From: Gemmatimonadota bacterium
GTDB taxonomy: Bacteria > Latescibacterota > UBA2968 > UBA8231
Direction: 5' to 3'
Length of the DNA stretch: 39,287 nucleotides
Assembly: GCA_038128265.1 (NCBI GenBank)
Contig: JAYPJE010000007.1
Coordinates: 73,121 to 112,407, forward strand
The position numbers and the translations under genes were made by a program. Below, piece after piece: positions 26,993 through 35,629 of this stretch. Within the stretch, counting starts at the first letter, position 1, and the number at the start of each line of letters is the position of its first letter. The notes beneath the pieces were generated by a model. That model did no database searches, was not told the origin of the DNA, and saw only the letters and a list, made by a program, of their open reading frames with translations.

Positions 26993-28033
26993 ATGCAATA
27001 TCTCTCTACACTAGTCTTTTTACTGGCGGTGAGTGGCTGTGCCCCGCTGACCTTGCCCGAGGAAATGTCCGAAGGGGGGGAAAGCGGATTGGCTGCGGGA
27101 GAGGTTGTCGAGCAGATCAGTCACTTCGAGGTGTACTTGCAGGCTAAGCGGGCGCGGGAAGCCAAAGCCGATGTCGCGCCCCAATACGTGGCCGTTTTGC
27201 CTTTCATCGACGAGTCCGGTTTTCGCAGGGATATATGGGATCTGGGCTGGGAAATGGCCCGTATGCTCAGCCAGGAGGCGGTGGCCAGCGCGCAGTGGCG
27301 GGTGGTGCCCTATGAGGCGGTTGACGAACTGCTGGGCAAGCGGCGCGTGCTCAGTATGGAGGCGCTGTTGGAACTGGGAGGTCAGCTGGAGGCCGATATC
27401 CTCTTTCTCGGTACGATAGACGATTACGATATGAAGCGGCTGTCGGTTGGAGATCCTATGCTGGGAGGGTATAAGTCCTATGTCGGCGTGGCGGTCATGC
27501 GCGTGGGGGCTCTGCGCGTGGTCGATGGCAAGGATTTAGGCATGGTGTTGAGCGAACGCGAAGCCAGCGATAGAGATTTAGGGTTAGACCTATTGGGCAA
27601 ACCCCGCGACCAGGACGTTCAGTTTGCCGACCTGCGGACGATGGAGTTTGGCAGCGCAGACTTTCGCGAGTCGCTATTGGGTCAGGCTACGCTCGCTGCT
27701 ATGGAAGAGATTATCAGCGGCATGGAGTCGCTCTTCGAGCCGGATGACCTAAAACTCGACGGCCATATGCCGGAAGTGCTTTCCGTGTACGGAGAAGATG
27801 TGTATATCAACATCGGCAGTGAAAATGGGCTTCATATAGGCTACCGGTTCTCAGTATTTCCCGGTTTCGGCCGCGTTGATGAAGGCGATCCCGAGGCTCT
27901 TGTGCGGCTGGGAGTCGTGGAAGTCAAGGAAGTGATTGGCAATCGCCTTTCCAGCGTGCGCATTATCGAGGGCGGGGAGGCCATCCGCGCAGGGGATCGG
28001 TTGAGTGCCTATCGACAGGAAGCCGGTGAATAG
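26993..28033 (+). CDS. Lipoprotein with CsgG/FlgT-like N-domain and FlgT-C-like beta domain
   Basis: Lipobox VSGC; VAVLPF..LGGQLEADILFLGTI; C-terminal VYINIGSENGLHIGYRFSV..G.V.VKEV..S. Start at 26969 or 26993. Confidence 0.6.
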   Translation: MQYLSTLVFLLAVSGCAPLTLPEEMSEGGESGLAAGEVVEQISHFEVYLQAKRAREAKADVAPQYVAVLPFIDESGFRRDIWDLGWEMARMLSQEAVASAQWRVVPYEAVDELLGKRRVLSMEALLELGGQLEADILFLGTIDDYDMKRLSVGDPMLGGYKSYVGVAVMRVGALRVVDGKDLGMVLSEREASDRDLGLDLLGKPRDQDVQFADLRTMEFGSADFRESLLGQATLAAMEEIISGMESLFEPDDLKLDGHMPEVLSVYGEDVYINIGSENGLHIGYRFSVFPGFGRVDEGDPEALVRLGVVEVKEVIGNRLSSVRIIEGGEAIRAGDRLSAYRQEAGE

Positions 28034-28068
28034 ATGACTCGTCTAACAATCGGAGAGAGTGGATACGC

Positions 28069-29109
28069 ATGATGCGAAAAGTCGGAGCTATTGATTACCG
28101 TGGGCGCGGAGTGTGTATAGAAGGAGACCTTCCCGAACTTGCTGCAGGGCAGGTGCAGGTCGAGGTGGCCGCGTCGCTCATCAGTCCGGGCACCGAGTTG
28201 GGCCGGGTTAAAAACATGCGCAGTGAACCGCAGCAGGAGCGACCACCGCGCCCCTTTGGCTACGCCAATGCAGGGGTGATCGAACGGGTTGGGGAAGGAG
28301 TCGAGCAGTTTTCCGTTGGGCAAAAAGTGGCTTGCATGGGTGGAGGCTATGCACTGCACGCCGATCGAGTATGCGTTCCGCAAAACCTGTGTGCGCCGGT
28401 GCCCGATGGCGTATCGCTGGAGGCAGCAGCTTCCGTGCACTTGGCAGCAACTGGGCTGCATGCCATTCGTCGTACGGCCCCACTTTTTGGCGAGAACGGC
28501 ATGGTTGTCGGCATGGGACTCGTCGGGCAGTTCAGCGCCCAATTTGGCCAACTGTCGGGCTGTCACATCCTTGCCGTCGACCGCGTTCCGATGCGTTTAG
28601 AAAAGGCACAGGGAGCCCGCATTGAAGGCTGGGTAAACGGGGCTGAGAGCGATCCGGTGGCGGCGGCAGACCAATTTTCGGCTGGATGCGGAATGGACTT
28701 CGGCATCATTGCCTTTGGCGGGGAGGCGACTTCTGCCTTCGAGCAACTGTACAGCAGTTTGAAGACGACGCCGGACGGCCACCGCATGGGGCGGATAACG
28801 ATCGTTGGCGGAGCCCATATCAGCCACGGTTTTGCCGCCGGTTTGGGCAATGTCGACGTGCGCAGCGCGGCGCGCACGGGGCCGGGTTATCACGACGAGG
28901 CCTACGAGCACGGAAGCAACTATCCGCCCGTATTTGTCGAATGGCCCACCCAGCGAAACCTGAATGAATGCCTGCGCGCCATGGCCAGCGGTGCCCTGCA
29001 GGTCGAATCGCTGTATACGCACGAATTCGCGCTGGGCGATATCGCCGACGCGGTCGATGTGCTGGTCGAAACCCCAGATCAGGCCCTGGGCGTAGTGCTA
29101 AAACCGTAG
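28069..29109 (+). CDS. MDR-family oxidoreductase lacking the canonical Zn-binding Cys residues
   Basis: SLISPGTE, PFGYANAG and GMGLVG motifs; no Cys4 loop. Confidence 0.82.
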   Translation: MMRKVGAIDYRGRGVCIEGDLPELAAGQVQVEVAASLISPGTELGRVKNMRSEPQQERPPRPFGYANAGVIERVGEGVEQFSVGQKVACMGGGYALHADRVCVPQNLCAPVPDGVSLEAAASVHLAATGLHAIRRTAPLFGENGMVVGMGLVGQFSAQFGQLSGCHILAVDRVPMRLEKAQGARIEGWVNGAESDPVAAADQFSAGCGMDFGIIAFGGEATSAFEQLYSSLKTTPDGHRMGRITIVGGAHISHGFAAGLGNVDVRSAARTGPGYHDEAYEHGSNYPPVFVEWPTQRNLNECLRAMASGALQVESLYTHEFALGDIADAVDVLVETPDQALGVVLKP

Positions 29110-29112
29110 CCT

Positions 29113-29856
29113 TTAAACGGGTTCACCGGTGACGAGGCTGCGTTTGCCTTCCGGATAAAAAGTCACAGTCGGCAGGTCGATCTCTTCGCCGGCGATCATT
29201 TGCTGTAGTAGCTTGGTCACTCCTTCGATGGCAGGGGCCACTAGTGCCTCCCCTTTCTCACGCGTGCCCAGCGCGGCCGACTCATTGTCAATGGCATCCA
29301 TTTGCACGCGCTCGGGCGCTAAATACAGCATGGTCGACGTCTCGTATTCGTCTGCGTGCCCTGGCAGGCGGCCATGCTCCATATACTGCTGAACCAGATC
29401 CGGGTCGTACACATCCCAGTACGATTGAAAGCGCAGGTTGACCTTTAGTTTCTCCCGATACTCGTCTATGCGGCGCATCATCGGTTTCACGTTCCCGCCG
29501 TGCCCGTTGAGGATAAGGATATGTTCGACGCCGGCGCGCGCCAGTGAGTTGCATACGTCGTACACGTATTCGCAGAAAATCTCTGGGCGCACCGTCAGCG
29601 TGCCAATGTGCTCCATCCAATGCTCCGATACGCCGATGGCTACCGGCGTGGCGACCACTACGTGCGGGAGTAGATTCCGCGCGGCGTTTTCCGCCATATG
29701 CGCCGCGTGTAAGGTGTCGTGAATCATGTGCAGATGTTCGTTGTGCTGTTCGGTCGCAGCAGTGGGAACAATGGCCGCCTTGATCGTGCCGGCCTGCATG
29801 CGCTCGCGAAATTCTTTGCGGGTTAGGTCGCCGATAAAAACGCGTTGGTCGCTCAT
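29113..29856 (-). CDS. Creatininase/creatinine amidohydrolase family protein
   Basis: EQH..HL..DT, GVSEHW, NGHGGN and HADEYETS motifs; AGGAG RBS. Confidence 0.9.
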   Translation of the reverse strand: MSDQRVFIGDLTRKEFRERMQAGTIKAAIVPTAATEQHNEHLHMIHDTLHAAHMAENAARNLLPHVVVATPVAIGVSEHWMEHIGTLTVRPEIFCEYVYDVCNSLARAGVEHILILNGHGGNVKPMMRRIDEYREKLKVNLRFQSYWDVYDPDLVQQYMEHGRLPGHADEYETSTMLYLAPERVQMDAIDNESAALGTREKGEALVAPAIEGVTKLLQQMIAGEEIDLPTVTFYPEGKRSLVTGEPV

Positions 29857-29930
29857 GATGGGCTCCTTTTAACTCGTATGAATAGTCCAGATTGATTTAC
29901 TCAACGAAAACAAATGAATGGTTGGTGCGG

Positions 29931-29959
29931 AAGGTAATGGGCTGGAATCGGATCGTCAA
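29931..29959 (-). promoter_or_regulatory. Putative sigma70 promoter for the creatininase-family gene
   Basis: Minus strand TTGACG-17 nt-TACCTT. Confidence 0.5.
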
Positions 29960-30359
29960 GAAAATGCTCACAGCGCAAAAAGTTGCCCAAAGAGCGGGAA
30001 GCAGGGAAGTAGAAAAGAAAGGCTCCATTGGCCGTGCTTTGATGGGTAGTTGATCTATCTTTCCACCTTTCCTACTTTCCCGCAGTACCCGTTTCGTCGG
30101 CCCATCTCTACGCTAGGTCGATGAGGGGATAAACCATGCAAAACGGGATCGACCGCGAGAGATGAAAGCCAAAAAAGCAGTCCGGATGAAGGGTGCTACG
30201 GGCCTATCCGCATCCACGGCGAAGCGGTACTCTATCGCGTTTCGATCGTCGTTCGCCGTTGAGGAGTACCGCAGAGCGCTATGAGTGCCGCCGTTTGTTG
30301 CCATGGTTTTCTGGGCGACGCAGTCCATCCGTTGGTGAACCCACTGCAAGCAGCGTGCT

Positions 30360-32306
30360 TTGGCCACACCCCCTCTTAGCGGTCATGTGAGTTATCGCGC
30401 CATTGCCGTAGGGGCGCTCTTGGCTGCGGTAGTGGGCGTTGGTGCTCCATACGAAAATTTGATTATCTCCGGTTCGCCGCTGCACCTAGATTACAGCACG
30501 CCAGCGGCCGTATTTGTTTTTTTCCTCTTTTACATTCTGGTTAATCCGCTGCTCGGGGCTGTGCGTAAAGACTGGGTATTCAACCGTGCCGAACTCGTTA
30601 CGATTTACATTATGGCAGCTGTTGCCTGCTCTGTTTCAACCATCGGCCTAGTCTGTGTGCTGATACCTCATATATCCGCTGGATCTTATTTTGCCACACC
30701 GGAAAACCAGTGGGGGAACCACGTGCTTCCCTACATAGCTCGTTGGCTGCGCGTGGGAGATGAGGAGGCCGTCCTGTTTTTTTACGAAGGGTTGCCCCGC
30801 GGCACAGCCCTTCCCTGGATGGCGTGGGTGGCCCCATTGGCTGGCTGGGGGGTGCTGATTGTATCCTTTTTTGCCTCCATGACGGCTGCGATGGTCATCG
30901 TGCGAAAACAGTGGATAGAAAACGAACGCTTGACGTTTCCTTTGGTGCAGGTGCCCATCGCGATGCTGGGGGACGAGCAAACAGATCGCGGCGTCATCAG
31001 TCCCTTCTTCAAGAATCCCATTGTTTGGCTTGGCATCGTAGTACCCATTGTTCTTTACAGTCAACGCGGTTTGCATAACTACTACCCCTTCATTCCCGAG
31101 GGCATGCCCATTTCAGAGTCGTGGTATTTCTTTAACGACAAGTTTCGCCTCCGCCTATCGCTGAGCTATGCCGTGCTGGGATTTGGGTATTTACTCAGCA
31201 CGAAGCTTGGGTTTAGTATGTGGTTTCTCGGTCTATTAACGATGTTTGAAAATGCCTTCCTACACTATGCCGGCTGGGGGGGGACGGACCGAGTCGTTGG
31301 CTCTTCACTTGGCACGCCTAACTTACTCTATCAGGGTTTTGGCGCTTTGGCGGTGCTCGTTTTCAGTTCGCTGTGGATCGGTCGCAGTCATTTGCTGCAG
31401 GTAGTGCGCGGTTTCTGCAGGCCAACGCTTAGCGATGAGGGCGAAATTATGTCCTATCGTCAAGCGGGTATTCTTTTTCTCTCCGGCGGGTTGTGTATGT
31501 CGATATGGTGCGTTCTGTCCGGTATGAGCTGGTGGCTGGCGCCGCTATTTTTACTCGTGGCCTTTCTGCTGATGTTTGCCATAACGCGCATTGTTGCAGA
31601 AGGGGGGTTAGCCGTGACTAAGCCAACGATGATGCCCAACGATGTAATGGTGGGTGCTCTCGGAAGCAGTGCGCTGGGTGCTGGAAATATTGGAGCCCTT
31701 GGAATGACCTACCCCTGGGTGGGGCAGATGCGCACGACGATGATGGCCGCTGTTATTCACGGCCTGAGGCTGGTGGAAAGCTACACTATCGGACATCGCA
31801 AGCGTCTGTTCTGGGGCATTATGCTGGCCGCGCTCGTGGCCACTTCATCTTCTATTGCGACGGTGTTGGTTGTGGGCTATCGCTACGGCGCGCTCAATCT
31901 AAGCGAGTGGTTTTTTGGGATTGGCTCGGCTACCGCTCCCTACAGCTATGTGGATTATCATTTGGCAAATCCAGCCGGGCCAAGCCAGGCTTTTTATATC
32001 ATGTCGGGCATCGGCGGCATTGTGCAGCTCATGCTAACGGTGGCCAATGCACGCTTTCTTTGGTGGCCGATTCATCCAGTCGCTTTTCCCGTTAGTGCCT
32101 ATTGGACAACGCATCATCTAATGCCGAGTATTTTTTTAGCCTGGGCTATAAAGAGCGTGGTGTTGCACTACGGGGGCGTCGTGCTCTATCGCAAAACCCG
32201 GCCCTTTTTTCTCGCTTTGATATTGGGCCATTATGTGGCGGGTGGCCTGTGGATTGTCATCGATGGATTTACCGGTATGACAGCGAATCATTTGTTCTAT
32301 TGGTAA
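30360..32306 (+). CDS. DUF6785/DUF6784-type multi-pass membrane protein (paralog 3, more divergent)
   Basis: YFATPENQW, FYEGLP, RKQWIENERLTFP, WWPIHPV and YRKTRPFFLALILG. Start may be GTG 30387 (MSYRA, matching MTYRS of paralog 1). Confidence 0.76.
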   Translation: MATPPLSGHVSYRAIAVGALLAAVVGVGAPYENLIISGSPLHLDYSTPAAVFVFFLFYILVNPLLGAVRKDWVFNRAELVTIYIMAAVACSVSTIGLVCVLIPHISAGSYFATPENQWGNHVLPYIARWLRVGDEEAVLFFYEGLPRGTALPWMAWVAPLAGWGVLIVSFFASMTAAMVIVRKQWIENERLTFPLVQVPIAMLGDEQTDRGVISPFFKNPIVWLGIVVPIVLYSQRGLHNYYPFIPEGMPISESWYFFNDKFRLRLSLSYAVLGFGYLLSTKLGFSMWFLGLLTMFENAFLHYAGWGGTDRVVGSSLGTPNLLYQGFGALAVLVFSSLWIGRSHLLQVVRGFCRPTLSDEGEIMSYRQAGILFLSGGLCMSIWCVLSGMSWWLAPLFLLVAFLLMFAITRIVAEGGLAVTKPTMMPNDVMVGALGSSALGAGNIGALGMTYPWVGQMRTTMMAAVIHGLRLVESYTIGHRKRLFWGIMLAALVATSSSIATVLVVGYRYGALNLSEWFFGIGSATAPYSYVDYHLANPAGPSQAFYIMSGIGGIVQLMLTVANARFLWWPIHPVAFPVSAYWTTHHLMPSIFLAWAIKSVVLHYGGVVLYRKTRPFFLALILGHYVAGGLWIVIDGFTGMTANHLFYW

Positions 32307-32394
32307 GAGGGTTAAGCGCTTAGTGCTTAGTGCGATAACCCGAGTCTATGATAGCGGGATGTGATCTATCGAACAAGATAAAGGAGGGTTACCC

Positions 32395-33588
32395 ATGAGA
32401 CAGATGGGAAATCCGTTTCAAGAATGGAGTCGCAATTTTGCCCTGCTGGCGCTCGCCGTAGCTGGCGTCGGCGTATTCTTTGGCGTGCAGCTGACGCTAT
32501 TTAATAATTTCATCGTTGACCGGCTAGGCATTGAGGCCCATGAATTGGGCTACGTGGAGGCCCTGCGCGAAGTGCCTGGTTTTCTCAACGTGCTCTTTAT
32601 GGCCCTGGTCATCCGCTTTGCCCCTTCCCGCGTCGCAAGTATATCGCTCGTAGTTATGGGTATTGGCATTGTCTTTTACTCTTATGCCTCGACGGTGTAT
32701 TTACTCGCGCTGTTTTCCCTTATATGGAGTCTTGGATTCCACTGCTGGATTCCGCTTGAACAGAGCATGGGGTTAACGTATGCGCCCAGCGCAGAGCGCG
32801 GCCGGTGGCTGGGACAGCTGCGCTCAGTCAATAGCGTGGCCTGGCTTCTTTCAATCGGTATGTGCATGATCCTAATCGACGTTTTGCACTATGAAGGCCT
32901 CTTTATCATGGCTGGTTTAGCTACGGTCCTGGGTGGAGGCGCCCTGCTTTTTGTAGATCGTACCGGTCCAAAGACAGCCGACAAAAGCATGGTGTTTAAG
33001 CGGCGCTATGCGCTCTACTACGCCCTAAATTTTCTGCAGGGGTTACGCAAGCAAATGTTTATAACCTTTGCCATTTTTGCACTGGTAAAGGTGCACGGTA
33101 TGCCGGTAAAGACGACGATGATATTGGTTATGATAAATCAGTTTCTCATCACGCTTACGGGCCCGTTAATGGGGCGGTTAGTCGACCGCCACGGCGAGCG
33201 CAAAATGCTTAGCATAAGCTATGTGGTGCTCTTTTTTGTCTTTCTGGGCTATGGTGTGATAGAGCATCGTCCCACGCTTTATGCGCTATTTTGCCTGGAT
33301 AATCTGATTTTCTTCGGTGGCATCGCATTGACTACCTATGCCCATAAGATTGCACCGCCCGACGAATTAAAACCCACGCTTTCTATGGGCGTTACCATGA
33401 ACCACGTCGCCGCCGTCGCCGCTCCACTTATTGGGGGCTTGGCATGGATGCACTTCGGGTATCAAATCATCTTTTTTGCCGGTGCCTTTCTGGCCCTCGT
33501 ATCGCTTGTGGTATCGCAGTGGATCGACCCGGACGAGCAGTGGACAGAGCCTGAAGGTGCTGTTGCGCTCAGGCCTGCAACGAGCTAG
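32395..33588 (+). CDS. Major facilitator superfamily transporter
   Basis: About 12 TMs; GRLVDRHGERK motif A in the C-terminal half; AGGAGG RBS. Confidence 0.88.
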   Translation: MRQMGNPFQEWSRNFALLALAVAGVGVFFGVQLTLFNNFIVDRLGIEAHELGYVEALREVPGFLNVLFMALVIRFAPSRVASISLVVMGIGIVFYSYASTVYLLALFSLIWSLGFHCWIPLEQSMGLTYAPSAERGRWLGQLRSVNSVAWLLSIGMCMILIDVLHYEGLFIMAGLATVLGGGALLFVDRTGPKTADKSMVFKRRYALYYALNFLQGLRKQMFITFAIFALVKVHGMPVKTTMILVMINQFLITLTGPLMGRLVDRHGERKMLSISYVVLFFVFLGYGVIEHRPTLYALFCLDNLIFFGGIALTTYAHKIAPPDELKPTLSMGVTMNHVAAVAAPLIGGLAWMHFGYQIIFFAGAFLALVSLVVSQWIDPDEQWTEPEGAVALRPATS

Positions 33589-33633
33589 TATATCGGCTGT
33601 GATCTCATGGCTCATTCACCTAGGAGAAATAAA

Positions 33634-34497
33634 ATGAAAATTGGAACGCGCATGCCGCCATTTGCTGGCAAAATCGGCTTTGATAGCTATGCTGAATGGC
33701 TCGCAGAAAATGGCTTTGACGCGATTGATACGCCCAAGTTGACCAAGGAAATGGCTAAGAAATGCAGGGATCTAGGGCTGGCCATTGGCACCTGCGACGC
33801 CGGCAGTGGGGGCTTGCTCAGCCGTGATGCTGCCAAGCGCAATAAGGCGCTTAGCGCGCTAAAAAAAGACCTCACGGCGATCGCAAAAAATGGCGGTCAT
33901 ACTTTTTTTACTGTGCTGGGTCCCGACGATCCGACAATGAAGCGCAGCGAGACCTTTGAAGTATTCAAGAAGGTGTATCCCAAAGTGGTTGCCCATGCCG
34001 AAAAGGTCGGCGTCCAAATAGCCATCGAGCCGTGGCCGGGCGGGGCTCCGTATTACGGCAACCTGGGATGCACGCCGGAAAGCCTGCGGCGTATATTTGA
34101 GGTCTGTCCTTCGCCCAATCTGGGCATTTGCTACGATCCGTCCCATTTCCTGCGCATCCAGGTCGACTACATTCGCCTGCTCGCCGAGTTTGGTGACCGC
34201 GTGCGCCACGTGCACCTAAAGGACACCGAAGTCATCGAAGAAAAGCTCTACGAATCGGGTATACTGGGCGAGAGCTATAGCAATACCTACGTTTGCGGCG
34301 AGGGCTGGTGGCGCTATACGATTCCAGGCGAGGGGCAGGTCGACTGGCAGCAGGTAATTCGGCGTTTGGAAGACTACGGTTACGACGGTGTGCTGAGCGT
34401 TGAATTGGAAGACCATCACTTCTGGAAAACAGCCGAACTACAGCAGGAGGGATTGCTGCGTTCGAAGGAGTATATCGCCCAATTTCTCAAGGGGTAA
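33634..34497 (+). CDS. Sugar phosphate isomerase/epimerase (xylose isomerase-like TIM barrel, AP endonuclease 2 family)
   Basis: IEP, YDPSH, HVHLKD, PGEGQVDW and GYDGVLSVELE motifs; AGGAG RBS before ATG 33634. Confidence 0.9.
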   Translation: MKIGTRMPPFAGKIGFDSYAEWLAENGFDAIDTPKLTKEMAKKCRDLGLAIGTCDAGSGGLLSRDAAKRNKALSALKKDLTAIAKNGGHTFFTVLGPDDPTMKRSETFEVFKKVYPKVVAHAEKVGVQIAIEPWPGGAPYYGNLGCTPESLRRIFEVCPSPNLGICYDPSHFLRIQVDYIRLLAEFGDRVRHVHLKDTEVIEEKLYESGILGESYSNTYVCGEGWWRYTIPGEGQVDWQQVIRRLEDYGYDGVLSVELEDHHFWKTAELQQEGLLRSKEYIAQFLKG

Positions 34498-34520
34498 TGC
34501 GGCAAAGGTCCGCAGTGTGT

Positions 34521-34556
34521 AAAGGGGGCGTTCTCTCTGTGAGCGCCCCCTTTCTC
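34521..34556 (+). terminator. Rho-independent terminator-like hairpin
   Basis: AAAGGGGGCGTTC-loop-GAGCGCCCCCTTT followed by CTC, 23 nt after the isomerase stop. Confidence 0.7.
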
Positions 34557-34573
34557 ATTGCAAAGAGGGTTGG

Positions 34574-34602
34574 TTGACAGCCCTTCGCAGCACATCTATT
34601 AT
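34574..34602 (+). promoter_or_regulatory. Near-consensus sigma70 promoter
   Basis: TTGACA-17 nt-TATTAT, just after the terminator and 31 nt before ATG 34634. Confidence 0.75.
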
Positions 34603-34633
34603 ACTGCCCAATTAAAGCTCAGGGGGGTGTTTT

Positions 34634-35629
34634 ATGGTAGGTTTCGCCGTAGTTGGGTTGGGGATGGGGCGCAACCGCGCGCGGCAAATAGCCGAGACAG
34701 AGGGCGCTGAACTCAAAGTCGTCGTCGACCTCAACGAGTCGCTGGCCAAAGAAGTCGCCGAAGAAATGGGCTGCGATGGATGCGCTGCGCTCGATGATGC
34801 GCTAGGAAGAGACGACGTGGACGCCGTAATGGTAATGACCCCGAGTGGGTTGCACGCCCAGATCGGCGTGGAAGTCGCGCGCGCCGGCAAGCATGTCATC
34901 ACCACCAAACCGATGGATGTCAGCACCGAGGCCTGCGATCGGCTAATCAACGCTGGCCAAGAAGCCGGTGTCCTGGTCGGCGTCGACTACCAAAGCCGCT
35001 ATGTCGACAATAACTATCGCATAGCAGAAGCGCTGAAACGCGGCGATTTGGGCGAGCCGCTTCTCGGCGAAGTCCGCTTCAAGTGGTTTCGCTCAGACGA
35101 CTACTTTAGCCACAATGGGAACTGGCGTGGGACTTGGGCAATGGACGGTGGGGGGTCGCTGGCCAATCAGGGGTCGCATTTAATCGACCTGCTGCTGTGG
35201 TTTATGGGCGATCCCGCTCGGGTGTACGGCGAGACGGCCATTCTCAACCACGATATTGAGACCGAAGATGTCGGCATGGCGCTTCTCACGTATCCAAGCG
35301 GGGCCAAGGGGGCGATTGTAGGTACGACCACGTTTCCCACAAATTCCTACTTTAGCGCCGAGGTGCACGGCCGCGAAGGTGGCGTGTTAATCGATGCGGT
35401 GCTCTCGGGCGAGATGCGCGTCTTTGGTGACGGCCTGGAAGAAAAGCTGCAGTCGGTTGATAATCCGCTCAAAAACGTAGTCGAGGATGTCGTTTCGGCG
35501 TTGGAAAAGGGGACCAACCTGCGGGTAGATGGCCGCGAAGGTCGGCGCACCGTAGCGCTCTTAGAGCATATCTACAACTCGGCCCGCGTGGGACACCCCG
35601 TAGCATACGGCAGTGTGCATGCCCGTTAG
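34634..35629 (+). CDS. Gfo/Idh/MocA family oxidoreductase
   Basis: VVGLGMG, TPSGLH, TKPM, WRGTWAMDGGGSLANQGSHLID, IETED. Confidence 0.92.
   Translation: MVGFAVVGLGMGRNRARQIAETEGAELKVVVDLNESLAKEVAEEMGCDGCAALDDALGRDDVDAVMVMTPSGLHAQIGVEVARAGKHVITTKPMDVSTEACDRLINAGQEAGVLVGVDYQSRYVDNNYRIAEALKRGDLGEPLLGEVRFKWFRSDDYFSHNGNWRGTWAMDGGGSLANQGSHLIDLLLWFMGDPARVYGETAILNHDIETEDVGMALLTYPSGAKGAIVGTTTFPTNSYFSAEVHGREGGVLIDAVLSGEMRVFGDGLEEKLQSVDNPLKNVVEDVVSALEKGTNLRVDGREGRRTVALLEHIYNSARVGHPVAYGSVHAR

Noticed and set aside
30113..30367. 84-aa minus-strand ORF in the intergenic region
   Set aside because: No RBS or recognisable motif, and it overlaps the start of the DUF6785 gene.
32307..32394. TAAGCGCTTA palindrome and GCTTAGT tandem repeat
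   Set aside because: Short enough to arise by chance and not repeated in other promoter regions.
30360..33588. Apparently lower GC suggesting horizontal transfer
   Set aside because: Spot counts were similar in the other membrane-protein genes, so hydrophobic codon content explains it; no mobility genes or flanking repeats.
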